From contig JAKMXF010000065.1 in NCBI GenBank assembly GCA_024704765.1, forward strand, positions 1-39,478: 39,478 bases of DNA, given 5' to 3'. Both the position numbers and the translations under genes were made by a program. Shown here in pieces: positions 1 through 12,627 of the stretch. The notes under the pieces were generated by a model that was not told where the DNA came from, searched no databases, and worked only from the letters and a program-made list of their open reading frames with translations. The stretch's first letter is position 1. The number at the start of each line of letters is the position of its first letter. This DNA comes from Oopsacas minuta (lineage: Eukaryota; Animalia; Porifera).

Positions 1-198
1 CGGTCAGGCAATTTACAGATACCTTGAAGTCATTCCCAAGGATGAGTACAGAAAGACATTTGAAAATTGGATTAAAAGGCTAAATTCAGTTGTAGCGTAT
101 AAAGGAGACTACTTTGAACATTCATAGCAAAAATTACCAACTTTACACAAGTATCTATAGTTTTAGATGGTATGATAAGTATTTATTGAATGCCCCTG
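1..198 (+). mobile_element. 3' end of a mariner (DD34D-type) element; transposase C-terminus at 2-127 and right TIR
   Basis: Frame 2 reads GQAIYRYLEVIPKDEYRKTFENWIKRLNSVVAYKGDYFEHS*, a mariner C-terminal W..R....G.YFE motif. It ends in ...tttattgaatgcccctg followed by TA (199-200). It is inserted into the hAT that follows. Confidence 0.8.
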
Positions 199-200
199 TA

Positions 201-1845
201 ACTCGAATTTAAAGCCTGCTAGACTCCGAGAACACCAGGCGAAGCATCCAGCAGAACAAACGCAAACTCTCGAGGCCATGCAGGCCAGGAGGGCAAGATA
301 TGGCCAAAAAGGTACGTTACCTCGACTTGTTTTGGAGCCAGAGCAGAAACCCCTTGTTCAAGCTTCTTACGAAGTAACATACCAATGCATAAGGGAGAAT
401 GCTTCGCACTCTGCCCCGGAAAACCTGATCAAGCTATGCACTATTCGGATAGTGGAACTGGTCCTGGGAACTGCTGCAGCCAAGAAGATCAAGGAAATGC
501 CTCTGTCTAATCATGTCATCCCAGGACGAGTTGCAGATATGCGCTGCAACATCTTGGAGCAAGTTGTTCAGGAGATTAAGGATAGTCCAATTCGCTTCTG
601 CTTGCAGTTGGATGAATTGACAGATATTGCCAATATAAGTCAATTAGTTGTGTACATCCGGTATATCACAGACGGTGGAATCAAAGACGAGTTCCTATTC
701 TGTGAGGGTCTGCAAACAAGGACCAAGGCTGGAGATGTATTTTGACTCTTAGACGAGTTCTTTCAGAGGCATCAGATCGAGTGGGAGAAGGTAGGGTCGG
801 TCTGCACGGATGTTACCCCAGCCATGATTGGGCATAGGTCTAGTTTGGCAGCTTTGGTAAAGGTAAGAGTACCAGATCTTATAATGAATCACTGTGTTCT
901 CCATCGCTATGCACTAGCAGCAAAGATATTGCCGCCTCATCTCAAAGATGTTCTGTCTGTTTGTGTTCAAGTTGTAAATTTCATCAGGGTCGTCCTTTAA
1001 ACCACAGAATGTTCAAGCTCTTCTGTGAGGAGATGGGAAGTGAGCATGTTGTCCTTTTCTTCCACACGGAAGTACGCTGGCTGTCTCGAGGGAAAATATT
1101 GACCCGTATTGCAGAGCTCCATGTTGAGATTGCTTTATTTCTCCGAGAACATCAGAATAAATTTGCTGAAAGTTTTGAAGATGATGTTTTCATTCTCTCT
1201 CTTTCCTATCTAGCAGACATCTTCAGCCACTTGAATAACCTCAACTTGACTTTGCAGGAGCGGGTGTCAATAGTCTTCTTTGTGCTGAGAAGGCTGAAGC
1301 CTTCAAGATGAAGATCTCACTTTGGAGGCGCCGAGTTCAGGAAGGGAATTTGGAAGCTTTCCTACCTTGGATGAGAGGTTGGGCATAAGACATTAAGTCA
1401 CATGCTCGCAGAAAGCGTTGTTGCTCACCTCTCACGCCTTGAGACTACTATGGGACATTACTTTCCCAAGGATCGCACATTTCTAGAACGGATTCGAACA
1501 GCCCTTCCTTACAGACATGAGCGATGATGGCACCCGAAGGAGGAGCATATCGATCTACAAGTGAACAGGAGTTGTCAAATAAGATTTCGAACTTTACCAC
1601 TTTCTGACTTCTGGTGTGACCAATTGGTAGCATATCCTGGATTAGCGAAGGCAGCATTGGAGAAATTATTCCATTTCTAACGACCTATCTTTGTGAGAAA
1701 GCATTCTCAACTATACTTCAATTAAATCAAAAGCAAGAAACCGCCTTCAAGGTGGCCTGCTCCACGACATGAGGGTTGCTCTGGCCGAAACCAAGCCTGA
1801 ATTTGATAAACTTGTGGCCCAAAAACAACAAAAAAATCACACTGA
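201..1845 (+). pseudogene. hAT/Buster transposase pseudogene (stops and frameshifts)
   Basis: Motifs in order: KPARLREHQAKH (BED finger), LQLDELTD (D1), CTDVTPAMIG (D2), HCVLHRYALA (CxxH), EVRWLSRGK, TYLCEKAFS (E), SKARNRL. Confidence 0.9.
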
Positions 1846-1905
1846 TGTGTATTTATTTAATTACCTCTCTTTCTATATTTAATTTTGAGTAGGTATGTTC
1901 GCGAT

Positions 1906-2311
1906 CAGGCTTGGACCGGGTCACGAATAAACCGCCCCGGGTCAACTGGTTCTCTATTTTCAATAAATTTCTTGGTCTGCACCGGGTCACTGATTTGACT
2001 TGATCCGGTTTATATCTTTATGGATAATCAAATTATATCGGTTTGTAAATCATAAAGATTCAGACAATATTAGTTAGACGTTTCATTTTCATGAATCATT
2101 AGATTTTTACTAAACTTGTTTGGTATCATTACTACTGTATGCTTATATACATATATGCTCTTATGTACGTATATAGATATGTAACATAGAAATTTAATGT
2201 TTTGACAACCAGGTCAAATAACGAAACCGGGTCACCGGGGCAGCAATTTCAACCTGGTCTACCGGGTCAGAGAACACCAGGTCAGGAAATTATGATCCCG
2301 GTCCAAGCCTG
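1906..2311. mobile_element. 406-bp non-autonomous hAT MITE
   Basis: It has a perfect 15-bp TIR caggcttggaccggg / cccggtccaagcctg and an 8-bp TSD ttcgcgat (1898-1905) / ttcgtgat (2312-2319). ccgggtca subterminal repeats occur internally. The empty site is visible near 28570. Confidence 0.9.
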
Positions 2312-2584
2312 TTCGTGATATCTAAGGTTACATTTTCTTTCTGATTGAGTTGGATTTTTAATGGAGTAATCTAAGTAAATACAATCAATTATGAAACAAT
2401 GCATTACTTGTCTTATTTCATCCTTGTTACAGTTACAGTTACAGAGGGGCACTGTAATACTTGATGTAAGGGGTGCTGAATTGCTAAGACTGACTACAGC
2501 GGGTGCTAAGGTATGAAAAGGTTAAGAAACGTTGTTCTAAACCTATTATGTAAACCATTAGTTTGTAGCTCGATATCGTGAATA

Positions 2585-2612
2585 CAGTCTGTCCAAGAAT
2601 TATTGCAACCCC
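2585..2612 (+). repeat. Isolated Tc1-like terminal sequence
   Basis: TA|cagtctgtccaagaattattgcaacc resembles the termini at 22355 (cagtctgtc) and 29366 (aattattgc). No partner TIR or ORF was found. Confidence 0.35.
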
Positions 2613-4383
2613 ATGCCATTTATAGTCAAACCACAATTTACTGAATACGCAGCTAGCTATATCCTCGAAACATTCGAATTACAAAAACTTACAAATTACT
2701 CTCTATTCCGTTAAAATTTCTTTAAATTACAATATTATTGTTTTCAGTCACTTAGTAAATAATTTGACGTCGCTGTTTTAATAGACATTTGTTGCCTATC
2801 TGTCTACAAATACACTTTCTATTGGCAACATAAAAGTTTTTTGGCACCTATTTTGTTTTGAGGCTAGTAATTCAAATTTACGCAGAACATCATTTAATAA
2901 ATCATGGCACTTTTTCAAAAAATTTGAACTTTGTGCAAAAAAATTAAAAATCCCGATTTGCAAAAAATCTAGAGGTTGCCGAAAAAATACAAAGTTCGGA
3001 TTCGGATTCAGCGCCCCAAAAATAGGTAAAATAATTGTTGGTAGAAATACAACAAAATCTTTGTTGAGCAGTGTTATCGATGTTTGGATATTCATGAAAT
3101 TGTGATGAGGAAGTATAGGGAAATTGGGAAGAAATGATTCTAGGATCACGGAGATCGGAACTTGAGCGATAAATTTAATGTGATGTAGATTAGATCGATG
3201 AAAAAATTGATAGAATTTCATCATCACAATTTTGTCTACTGGACTTTTTGATGAAACAAGAGAAGAAGCAAATTCATCATAACTAGTTTCAAGTAATTGA
3301 GAATTGTCAATTATTTGAGAAGAATTTATAAGTATGGTGGGAGATAAGTAGGTGAACTATTAATTATAATATGTGAAGATAGTGCTAGGCTTGGACCTGG
3401 ATTCGTTTTCTGGGTTAAGAGATGTGAACCAAATTGACTGGAATAATGTTCTGATCCGAATTGATTAGAATGAGATCCTGAATGAACTTTATCTTTAGAA
3501 GAATCAGATTCATCCATCAATAAATTTCATTACTATTGAATTCATGTTTTTCACAATTGGGATTCATTTGCATTATTTCCAAGTACTTGAAAGCTTTAGC
3601 AAGGCCGAAATGTCCTACTTGTAAAATGTAACTCTTTTCATGAACTTCACGACTGTGGATCATTAATTGCGCAACCCTATCGGTACCTGCAAGCTTGTTA
3701 ACAAAATTAAGGGGAGCACAAGCCTTTCGAAAGTCAGTAAGCGTAGCAGAATATGCAATATCCATTCGATTTAAGTGATGAATATTAATTAGATAATTAA
3801 TTCTGCCATTTATACTATTGTCAAGTTATCATTGTAGCTACACGAGTTTCGATAGATATTTATTCTTTACTCTATCCGATAAAACAAGGATATATCTATC
3901 ATACGTGAATATATGAATTTTAATCGTCATTGAGAGAAGAACTATGCATGAAATTATTATAGTTATGATATTTATTGGCTACGTCCAAATGGGGGGTAGT
4001 GAATTGTTTACACTTTCAATTAAAAACAATTTCATTTCTAATTGCTCAAGATTCAATGGCTTCAACCATATAGATTCCCAATAATTAATTAGTATAATTG
4101 AGAAGCAATGTAAATACTGCAATCTATTAGATCGTATATTGTAGTGCCCCGCAAACTGGCTTTATCAGGCCACATACAGCCTGAAAGGAGCTTTTATGCG
4201 GCCTGTACCCCTCTATAATTTTTTACCCTAAACAATCAATCTACAGTAGAGGTCAATTGGTGTATTTTAGATTTTCGAATTATTGATCCCCCATTATATG
4301 ATATTATGTATCTCCGACATTCTATAATGTTTACAAAATGATTTGCATCCAATACGTATTGAAGGAATCAGCTAAAAATCGTA

Positions 4384-4468
4384 CAGCAGAACTCAGATAA
4401 GACGTCCACTTGGTTAAGACGCACTATTTTCTGTTTCATTGGTGGTGAGTCTTATCCGAGTTTTACTG
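4384..4468. mobile_element. 85-bp pogo/Tigger-like MITE
   Basis: TA|cagcagaactcagataagac ... gtcttatccgagttttactg|TA. It is the same family as 37345-37530. Confidence 0.75.
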
Positions 4469-5247
4469 TACAGATCTGCAAATGGGTCACATGAAGTGAT
4501 CCATGACTCATTGACCCATTGACCTATGGGTCATAACTCATTTATTCTTTTCTGACCCATAAGGTGTATCATTATTAAGAGCAACTGCAAAGGGTATCCA
4601 TTTATTTCGTAACTCTTAGAATATTTGAAAAAATGGCTATTTTAAAGTAAAATAACGTCACAAATTGTCACATAACTCACGCTGGAATATTCGGATTTGT
4701 AAAATTACAGTGTAGGAATGATAACAATATATATGAGTATGTTTCCATATAATAAACTCAATGAAACAAATATGGCTAAAAATGACCAAAGTTCGCGGCA
4801 AGACTCGTTAGTATTCTTCTATTCCATATCTCTCGGTCAGAATAACGGTACAAAAGATGTGTCCTTGCAGAAGGACACATTCTTTCCTAATATGTAGTGT
4901 TTAATCGCAGGCCGACAATAAGGCAAGTGTGAAGAACGTTATCTGCGTTTCTAATTCAAATGAATGTCTAAAATGTGTCATTGGTGTGTCAACAATTCAG
5001 GATAAATTTGTAGTAACATACTCAAGAACATATACATATAATCGCGTAGTCCAATATTCGTATCTGTCAGTAAAATAAGCTCAGCAACTGGGCGTTTAAT
5101 GTTCCATGACACTAGTCTTCGATGCATTAGGACACTGTAGCTCTCTAAAATTCTATCTAACTGATCGAAGATTGCTTTTGATTTGAGGGAATTTCGCACT
5201 GTCTGTCTCAAGATGTGAACCAACTATGGATCCACAAAATTCATTTC

Positions 5248-5560
5248 AATTTCAAATTCCGCACCTTAGATCTTATGAAACTGAAATGGACAAATTATTT
5301 ACTCAATTTCAATTTTCGCAACATAGAAAATGTGATATAACACTGTACAAACTGTTGTCACTAACTGTAAATTTCGCTACATAAGAATTTTGATAGAGAA
5401 CTATACAAATCATTTTGAATAACTTTCAAATCGCAAAATAGAACTTTTGATGCTGTACTAGACAAATGTTTCTAAATCAATTTCAATTTTCTGCACCATA
5501 GAAATTATGATGCTGAAATATAAAATTGTTTCCTCAATTTCAAATTTCGCAAATAGATTT
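5248..5560. repeat. Degenerate minisatellite, 57-58-bp unit, ~5.4 copies
   Basis: Units start at 5248, 5305, 5363, 5421, 5479 and 5536. The approximate consensus is aatttcaattttcgcaacatagaa.tttgatgctgaactagacaaattgtttcctc. Confidence 0.8.
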
Positions 5561-6266
5561 ATACCTTTTCTCTAATGATTTAGATATTACTATCTTTGAT
5601 ATCCTGTTTTACTTTTTGGACGACCCTGCACCATTTTTGTCTTCAAGGCTCTCATTTCGTTTATATTAGCCCACCAGCGTCTAATGGTCTAATAACTTTT
5701 CCAAAGATTTGAGCTACAGTCATTGGGAAAAACCTTCAGATAACATGAAAAGAGCTTGGTTTCTAATCTCAAATTTTGCTAACCGGACATCCATACCTTG
5801 TTAGATTGTTGTTAGCGATATAGAAAATATACTGTCAGGGCGTTTAATAAATCTTGCGGGTCATGATACATCTTAGGAATTAGTCAAGTAATATATCTAA
5901 CTTTCATATATTGTAAGCCCATATAGTCAAACTCCATATCCTGAAAGTTTCAAGCTTATTCCATATCAAATTATGAATTTTTGAGATAGTACGTGTAGTC
6001 AATTTATATCAGGGATCGGAAACTTTATTTGAGTGCGGGCCATATAAACTCTTTTCATAGATGTGCTGGCCACTAGATGACTATTTTTTGATGTAGATAT
6101 ATGGTGAATGTCCACTAATTCTACTAAAATCCTTGAAAGAATTGATGTATCTATTTTAGCAGAAAATATTTATTGTTTCCTGTTAGAACAAATTTCATAG
6201 CTATAATTAACACAGCTAACTAACATCTATAACTCACCATTAACTAAATACAGTATCTGATTACAT

Positions 6267-8066
6267 TTAATGTGAGAATTGAGAATTCTTGCACTCCGAC
6301 ACTGCCTTTGAAATTTCAATCTAAAAATTGGTAGTAGGTAATCGTAGGATTGCATCCAAATGGTCATCAGTTAGCCTGTTGCGCGAGTTGCTCTTAGCAA
6401 CCTTCATCCTAGAAAACAATTGCTCACATGTATATGTGCTACCAAAAAGTGAAGCAATTTGTCTAGCATGCGATAATAATTGAGGAAACTGTTGAACGGG
6501 GAGATGTTTCTGATAAAACTCAAGTACTTCCACTTCTGACAATTTTGATTTGAGGATGGATTTTGTCTGCAATTCGATTAGCTCCATTTGAAGATGAGCT
6601 TCCACGTCGTTGACATTCGCAAGGAGCAGAGTGCCAAACAATGTGGGTGCATTTTTAAGGGCGCGAATGTCTGAAAACCGCCTAGAAAATTCCCCTTGCA
6701 AATCAAAAAGAAAACGTATGTATTATTTTCAACTCAATAGGGTGGTTGTCAGCTAGTTTTGTGAAGTGAGTAATATTTGCATTTTGCAATTGCGACAGCC
6801 AAAGATTCAACTTCAGATCAAATGCACAAATATGATCAAACAACACATTAATGAGTTGATTTTTACCTTGCAACTGAGTGTTCAACTTGTTTAGGTGACC
6901 ACTAATATCCACGAGAAATGCAAGATCACAATTCCAGGTTTCATCGTTCAATTCTGGAAATTCTTTTCCATTGTCTGTCCTAAAAATTTGAATTTCTTCT
7001 GTATGCTGTAAAAGCGCTCAAGCATATCCCCTACTCAACCAGCGAATGTAAGAATAATACAACACATCCCCATACCATGCATCCATTTCAGCTAAAAATG
7101 TCTTAAAGTGACAATGTTTGAGGTCTCTTGATCGAATATAATAAGCTATATTAACCACTACTTTCATGACATCTTGGAGGCTGACAGATTTTTGCACAAA
7201 GTGCTTCTTGGTGAATAATGCAATGAGTTTTCACTAGCTTTTGAGTGAAACCAAATTCTGGAATTTATTTTCTATAAGTGACACCACTCCTCGCTTTTCG
7301 CCAACCATGGCCGGCGCCCATCAGTAGTTAATCCTGTAAGATTCACCAATGACAAGTTATAATCACGAAGAGCTCGATGTACAGCTTCCAGCAAATCAGC
7401 CCCAGTCGTAGTGTCTTTCATGGGGATAAGACTAGCAAACTCCTCTGTTACATCAAAATTCTGACTAACACCTCTTACAAAGATGGTAAGTTGGGCTGTG
7501 TCAGACACGTCCGTACTTTCATCCATTGCAAAAGGATAATACTGAAAATGACTCGCTTGTTCTTTAAGATACCCCTTGACATTACTAGAAATTTCCTCCT
7601 TTCGCCGCGTATCCGTTCGTGCTGACATACTAATGGCAGAAATAGTGCCCTTTTCTCAGGACAGAGAATTTCAATTGTTGTCTCAATATATTCTTTAATG
7701 AAATCACCGTCCAAAAATTGTTTCGGCTTTTTGCTAGAAGTGCACTGATAGCGATGCTAGCACGAGTGATGCTCATCTGCTTTGTAGTCAATTTTATTAA
7801 ACTCATCTGCTATTCAGTTAATGACATTTCCAGTGTTGATATTTTGTCTAAGCGCATAAGACCTGTATACCTTGAATATTCAGTATGTTCTGTCTCGTAA
7901 TGCCGCTTTATATTGTATTCCTTGTTTGATGCCAAAATTTGGTTGCAGACTAAACACAAGGGGTTATTTTTGAATTCAATAAAGAAGTATAGTTCTGTTC
8001 ATTTTTCTTTGAATACGCGATTTTCAGAGTCAATTTTTATTTCTTGCTACTACTACAAATGAACAT
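6267..8066 (-). pseudogene. hAT transposase pseudogene
   Basis: Motifs: KIDSENRVFK..LCLVC (BED), FAMDESTDVSDTAQL, LTTDG, RWLSRG, FGSTYTCEQLFSRMK, RNRLTDDHL. It has multiple frameshifts. Confidence 0.9.
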
Positions 8067-8177
8067 GATGGCAGGATAATGATGGAGTTTAATCGTTTGG
8101 TTATCTGATGAAAAATACTGTATAACAAATATAAAGAGTAGGTATTGAAAAGGAATATTTTTGAGTTTGAAAATTTA

Positions 8178-9488
8178 CAGGGTGACAAATAAGTTCTGTC
8201 CCATTGAAAATTTATTATAACTAAGCTATGAACTAAGATATTGACTTGAAATTATGCTATAACTTAGCAAACTAAATATAGATTCATAATATATTCAATT
8301 GTTCGATATAGCCCCCTTTCTTTTTGATGACAGCTCTTAGCCGCTTGGGGACGGACTCGACAGCGGCACGCAACTTTTCCTGCGGGATTTTTGCCCATTC
8401 TCGGGATAAAGACGTTTTTAGAGACTTGATACTCTTATGGGAAGTAGTGCACGCATTTGTCTCCAATATCGACCACAACGAGAAGTCCATCGGGTTGAGA
8501 TCTGGGCTGGAAGGAGGCCATTCCTCCTTGGAGATGAAGTCTGGGATATTGTTTCGTAACCACTGTTGGTTGACTTTCGCTGTGTGGGCTGGCGCACCGT
8601 CTTGCTGGAACGAAAATGGACGATTATTGAACATGGTCTTACCAAGGCCTCTCACTATTGGGTCTAAAACGAGCTCCTGATATTTAACAGCGTTTATTTT
8701 TACGCCCGGTGGGATGAAAACCAGTGGGGTACGGCCTTTTGCGGACACCCCCGCCCAAACCATCACTGACTGAGGATGCTGAACTCTTTGGACGCATCGA
8801 TACTCTTGTGGTATGGAAGATGGAGAAGAGACAATACTCGATCGTTTTGACGATTGTACGCCTGCTCGACTGTGAATAATTTCTCATCCGAGAATAAAAT
8901 TTCATCAAGGCCAAAACTTGCGAGCCGGGCGAGTAAGGTCTTGCTCCTGGCTAGTCTCTTTTCTTTAATCTGTGGCGAAATAAAGTGAACCTTCCTCTTT
9001 TTGTAAGGAAATAGGCCCATATCGCTCTTCACAATTGTTCGGAACGATTCTCTTGATATTTTGAGTTCTAGCGCCATTTTTGGCATCGAACGTTGCGGAT
9101 TTCGCTGAATCCGACTACGGATAACCTTTCTCTTCTGGGTAGTGGTCGCAGATGTTGGACGTCCACTTCTCTGCCTGTCTAAGGTACTACCAGTGTCCTT
9201 ATATGTTTTAATACTACGATATATCAATTTCCTGCGCGACATGGGGAAATTGAGAATCTTCAATATTTCGCTTTGGCTTTTCCCTTGCAAATATAATTTA
9301 ACAATAGCCACCCTATTCTTCTCCATTTTGCCTAGAATCTTTTAGCTTGTTCAGAATGTACAGATTACCATTGAATACTTTAAATATATATATTGTTACT
9401 TATCTTACACTATAACTGTTTAATCTGGTTCTTTAATAAGGAACTACACTACATCAAACATATGGGACAGAACTTATTTGTCACCCTG
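8178..9488 (-). mobile_element. maT (DD37D) element, full length, 1311 bp
   Basis: It has perfect 27-bp TIRs cagggtgacaaataagttctgtcccat and TA TSDs at 8176-8177 and 9489-9490. Confidence 0.95.
8284..9326 (-). pseudogene. DD37D transposase with a single 1-nt deletion (~8830)
   Basis: ORFs 8763-9326 and 8284-8766 carry ILFSDEK, QQDGAPAH and PDLNPMDF. There are 37 residues between D2 and D3. Restoring one base, as present in the second copy, gives 347 aa. Confidence 0.92.
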
Positions 9489-10195
9489 TATGACAGTGAT
9501 GAGCAGATTTCTAATGCAACCAATGAATATATATGTAAGTAGAATATTAGGATTATATATTAAGGTTGTAGCCCATTCTTCGGCGGGCCATGACATTGTT
9601 TTGGCGGGCAGCATTTGGCCCGCGGGCCGCCAGTTTCCCACCCCTGATTTATATCCACTGTTGAATTTATGGTTTCAAAGGATGATAATTTCAACCTCAA
9701 ATGGCGCGCTAACATAGCATTTCTCACAATACTCAAGATCCAGCCCATATAAAACTTGAACGAGTTACATGAGATTCTGTGCGTGGGTTGCAATTTCAGG
9801 TATACTGTAAAGCGGTTTGCTGCCCCTTATAGATCTGGTGATGCTGATCTCACAGATTTGCCTCCATCTGGAAGACCGGTATCCGTCACCACTTCAGAGA
9901 ATATCGCACTCATTGAAAGTATGGTCATGGAAGACCAGGGCATTACTGTTAATGAGTTAGAACAAGGTATGGAGATTTCATCGGAGCTATTCATACAATT
10001 CTGAGAACTGAGCTTGGTTACCGATCGATTTGTGCGAAATGGGTCCTGCATAAGCTTAGTGAGAATCAAAGGTTAGCACGACTGAATATTGGCCAGAAAC
10101 TCTTGGAAGCTTATGAGAACTGCGATTGTACCGCCTAACAGAGATTATTACTGTTACGAGACGAGGGTATACTATCCAACACCATATAGCAAGTA

Positions 10196-11529
10196 CAGGG
10201 TGTTAAGAAATTGATGTCACCTTTTTGAAATTAAATAGAGCCATAAATTAACTATTTGAATCGTGTTTTAGCTTCCAATTCTTATTCTACGTATTTGAAA
10301 TAATAGAATTCCTGTAAATTCCGAAAATTATAGACACTAAAAATACTCTCTTGTTCAATTTTTCTTACTTTTCATATACAAGAAATAATCATGGTCAAAG
10401 AAGCTACTCTAGCTGTCCGTACACGTGCAGTTTGCATGATAGAAGCTGGGATTTTTATTAATAAAGTGGCCAAGGTTGTAGGAGTATCTGTCCGTACCAT
10501 TCGGCGCTGGTTGCTGAGGTCCAAGTCTGGTGAACCTCTACAGAACAGGAGGGGCCGTGGAAGGAAACGTCCGTCACGATGGTACCGAAAGTGGTCATTG
10601 CCAAGACAATCGGTAAAAAAATGAAATCCACACGAGTTATCTCCCAGAATCTCAAATCTAAAGGGTTTTCTATCTCCCACGTGACAGTACACTCGTATTT
10701 ACGCAAAAATCTGAAAGTTCGAACATACAAACCCCAGGTTCAACCCAAATTGACGGAAAAACAGAGGACGCTCGGATAAAATTCTGTAATGAAAGGAAGA
10801 ATTGGTCAATTGATAGCTGGCGAAGGGTTTATTCTCCGACGAGTCCTCCTTTGAGGTATTCCACACTCCAAATAAGCAAAACGACCGAGTTTGGGCGAAA
10901 TCTAGTTCAAATGTTCCTCCTACCGAAAAGGTCAAATTTCCTGGAAAAATCATGGTCTGGGGTGTGATGTCATACCGAGCCCTCTCACATCTCCACATTA
11001 TCCCCAAAGGACAAACTGTGACATCAGAATATTATGTGGAAGTTATATTGAAACAGTCTCTAATACCCAGCATGCTTCGAACGAGAGATTCAGGGACTAT
11101 TCTGGAGAGAAAATTGTTGCTAGAAAGGTCCAAAGCAATTTTTCAACAAGATGGGGCCCCAGCACATACCTCCAAAAGAAGCCAGGAATGGCTAAAAAAC
11201 AATATGCCAGGGTTTTGGACCAAGGACATATGGCCTCCAAACACACCAGACTTAAATCCTATTGAGAACCTCTTGGCTATTTTGCAAGCCAAACTGGATT
11301 CAATGGAGCGAGCAACCAACCTAAAAATGTTAGAAAAGCAGCTGATTTTGGCCTGGAAGGAAATCTCACCGGAGACACTAGAGAAACTCATAGCAGGGAT
11401 GCCCTCTCGCATTAATAAATGTTTAAAATTAAATGGAGATTACATAGGAAAGTAAATAGCACACCTTTCTAGTTCGCATTATTGAAATATGCATGGTATA
11501 AAATGGGACATCAATTTCTTAACACCCTG
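10196..11529 (+). mobile_element. Tc1-like DD37E element, full length, 1334 bp
   Basis: The TIR cagggtgttaagaaattgatgtc is present at both ends with TA TSDs. The transposase at 10391-11455 is frameshifted and carries FSDES, QQDGAPAH and PDLNPIEN, with 37 aa between D2 and E. Confidence 0.92.
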
Positions 11530-12627
11530 TATAAGAAGCGTTCATGGTTGAGGGGCGACGAACAACCGCGAAAATTCCTACGCACGACTTCAGAAAACCA
11601 AAGATTATGTATACCATCTTCTTTAGTAGTCATGGAATTGTTTAACAATTACTTTGTGAGAGTGGCAAGGCTGTCGTTACTGCTACTGTCCATACAGAGC
11701 AAGTGCTTCCAAATTTGATAAAAATATAGAAAAATACCACCCGAAACCGGAACTCGAAGAATGAAGATTTTAATTGCTAACGTCAGTTCCCATACAGCTA
11801 AGCCTACCAAAAATTTTATTGGATGTAGAAGGGGTAGAATTACTTCCCCATCCACCATACTCACCAGACCTAGTTCCGTGTGATTTTTAGCTATTCCCCA
11901 AGCTTAAAATCTACCTTCAAGGCAAAGACTTTAACAAATTACAAGCCATCGGAACGGGCCTGTACCAGTACTTCAAATCCATGCCCGAAGAAGAGTACAG
12001 AAATGTGTTTTACAAGTGGGTGAAAAGGTTAAAACTTGTGTATCTGCAGGAGGGGATTACTTTGAATAAATAATATAGTGAATTAGTTTGCATAGTGTTT
12101 GTATCATTTTCTATGATATCACCAGCAAGATTTATTCAACGCCTTAGTATATTGAAACATACTAATGTAGCTAATAGACAAGCTGGAAATAGCAAATACA
12201 GATACTTTCCAGTTTCCAACTCTTCAGCTTTCCTATTTCCTATCGAAAGACTTTTGTTGTCACTCGTCCAAGGATACATGCATTCAAAATTCATATCGAG
12301 AGTAGCTTGCCTTGATTACTGTTCAGAGACACAGTTATTGTAATTCCTAACAAAACCAACTTTGTTACTTTAATGTTTAGAGACGAACTTAATGGGGTAG
12401 AATATCTACTATTGGTAGTAGAGTTGTTTTGCAGAAATTGGTCCCCCACATTCCTATATTAATCATTGCGATCAATTATGATGACTTAGCACTTTTTAGG
12501 TTCTTCTCACATTAGTACTTATACACACTTATGTAATCGTAATTTAATAATTGTTTCTAACCTGCGTAATACGTACACAAGGAAATAAGCGGAAAAATTC
12601 TAAGAATCAATAAATATAATCAAAGCC

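Larger units (their letters stand above)
201..2534 (+). mobile_element. Buster-type hAT transposon (ZBED5/SCAND3-like), 5' part outside the window
   Basis: It carries the decayed transposase listed next. Its 3' terminus ...ggtgctaaggtatgaaaaggttaagaaacgttg is followed by ttcTAaac, the NNNTANNN Buster target signature. The same 3' end recurs at 28540-28789. Confidence 0.8.
6010..9646 (-). mobile_element. Full-length Buster-type hAT (GTF2IRD2/EPM2AIP1-like) containing a maT insertion
   Basis: TIRs are cagggatcggaaact and (reverse complement) caggggtgggaaact. A perfect 8-bp TSD atttatat lies at 6002-6009 and 9647-9654. Net length is ~2.3 kb without the maT. Confidence 0.9.
5835..12147 (+). mobile_element. 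Old mariner (DD34D) element, ~1332 bp once the nested hAT and Tc1 insertions are removed
   Basis: Degenerate TIRs: tcagggcgtttaataaatcttgc and (reverse complement) ctaaggcgttgaataaatcttgc|TA. The coding pieces are 9669-10193 (MVSKDDNF..., DLPPSGRP) and 11532-12069 (HPPYSPDLVPCDF, G.YFE*). Confidence 0.75.

Noticed and set aside
2796-3227. 143-aa minus-strand ORF
   Set aside because: It is F/I/N/L-rich, runs through MITE-like AT-rich sequence and shows no recognisable motif, so it is probably spurious.
3517-3765. Protein kinase fragment suggested by GHFGLAK
   Set aside because: DFG is HFG, there is no HRD motif at the right spacing, and no other kinase subdomains are present. The ORF is left unassigned.
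4857-4881. Hairpin atgtgtcctt-gcag-aaggacacat as a Helitron 3' end or terminator
   Set aside because: There is no CTRR terminus at the expected distance, no 5' TC end was identified, and rho-independent terminators are irrelevant in this eukaryotic context.
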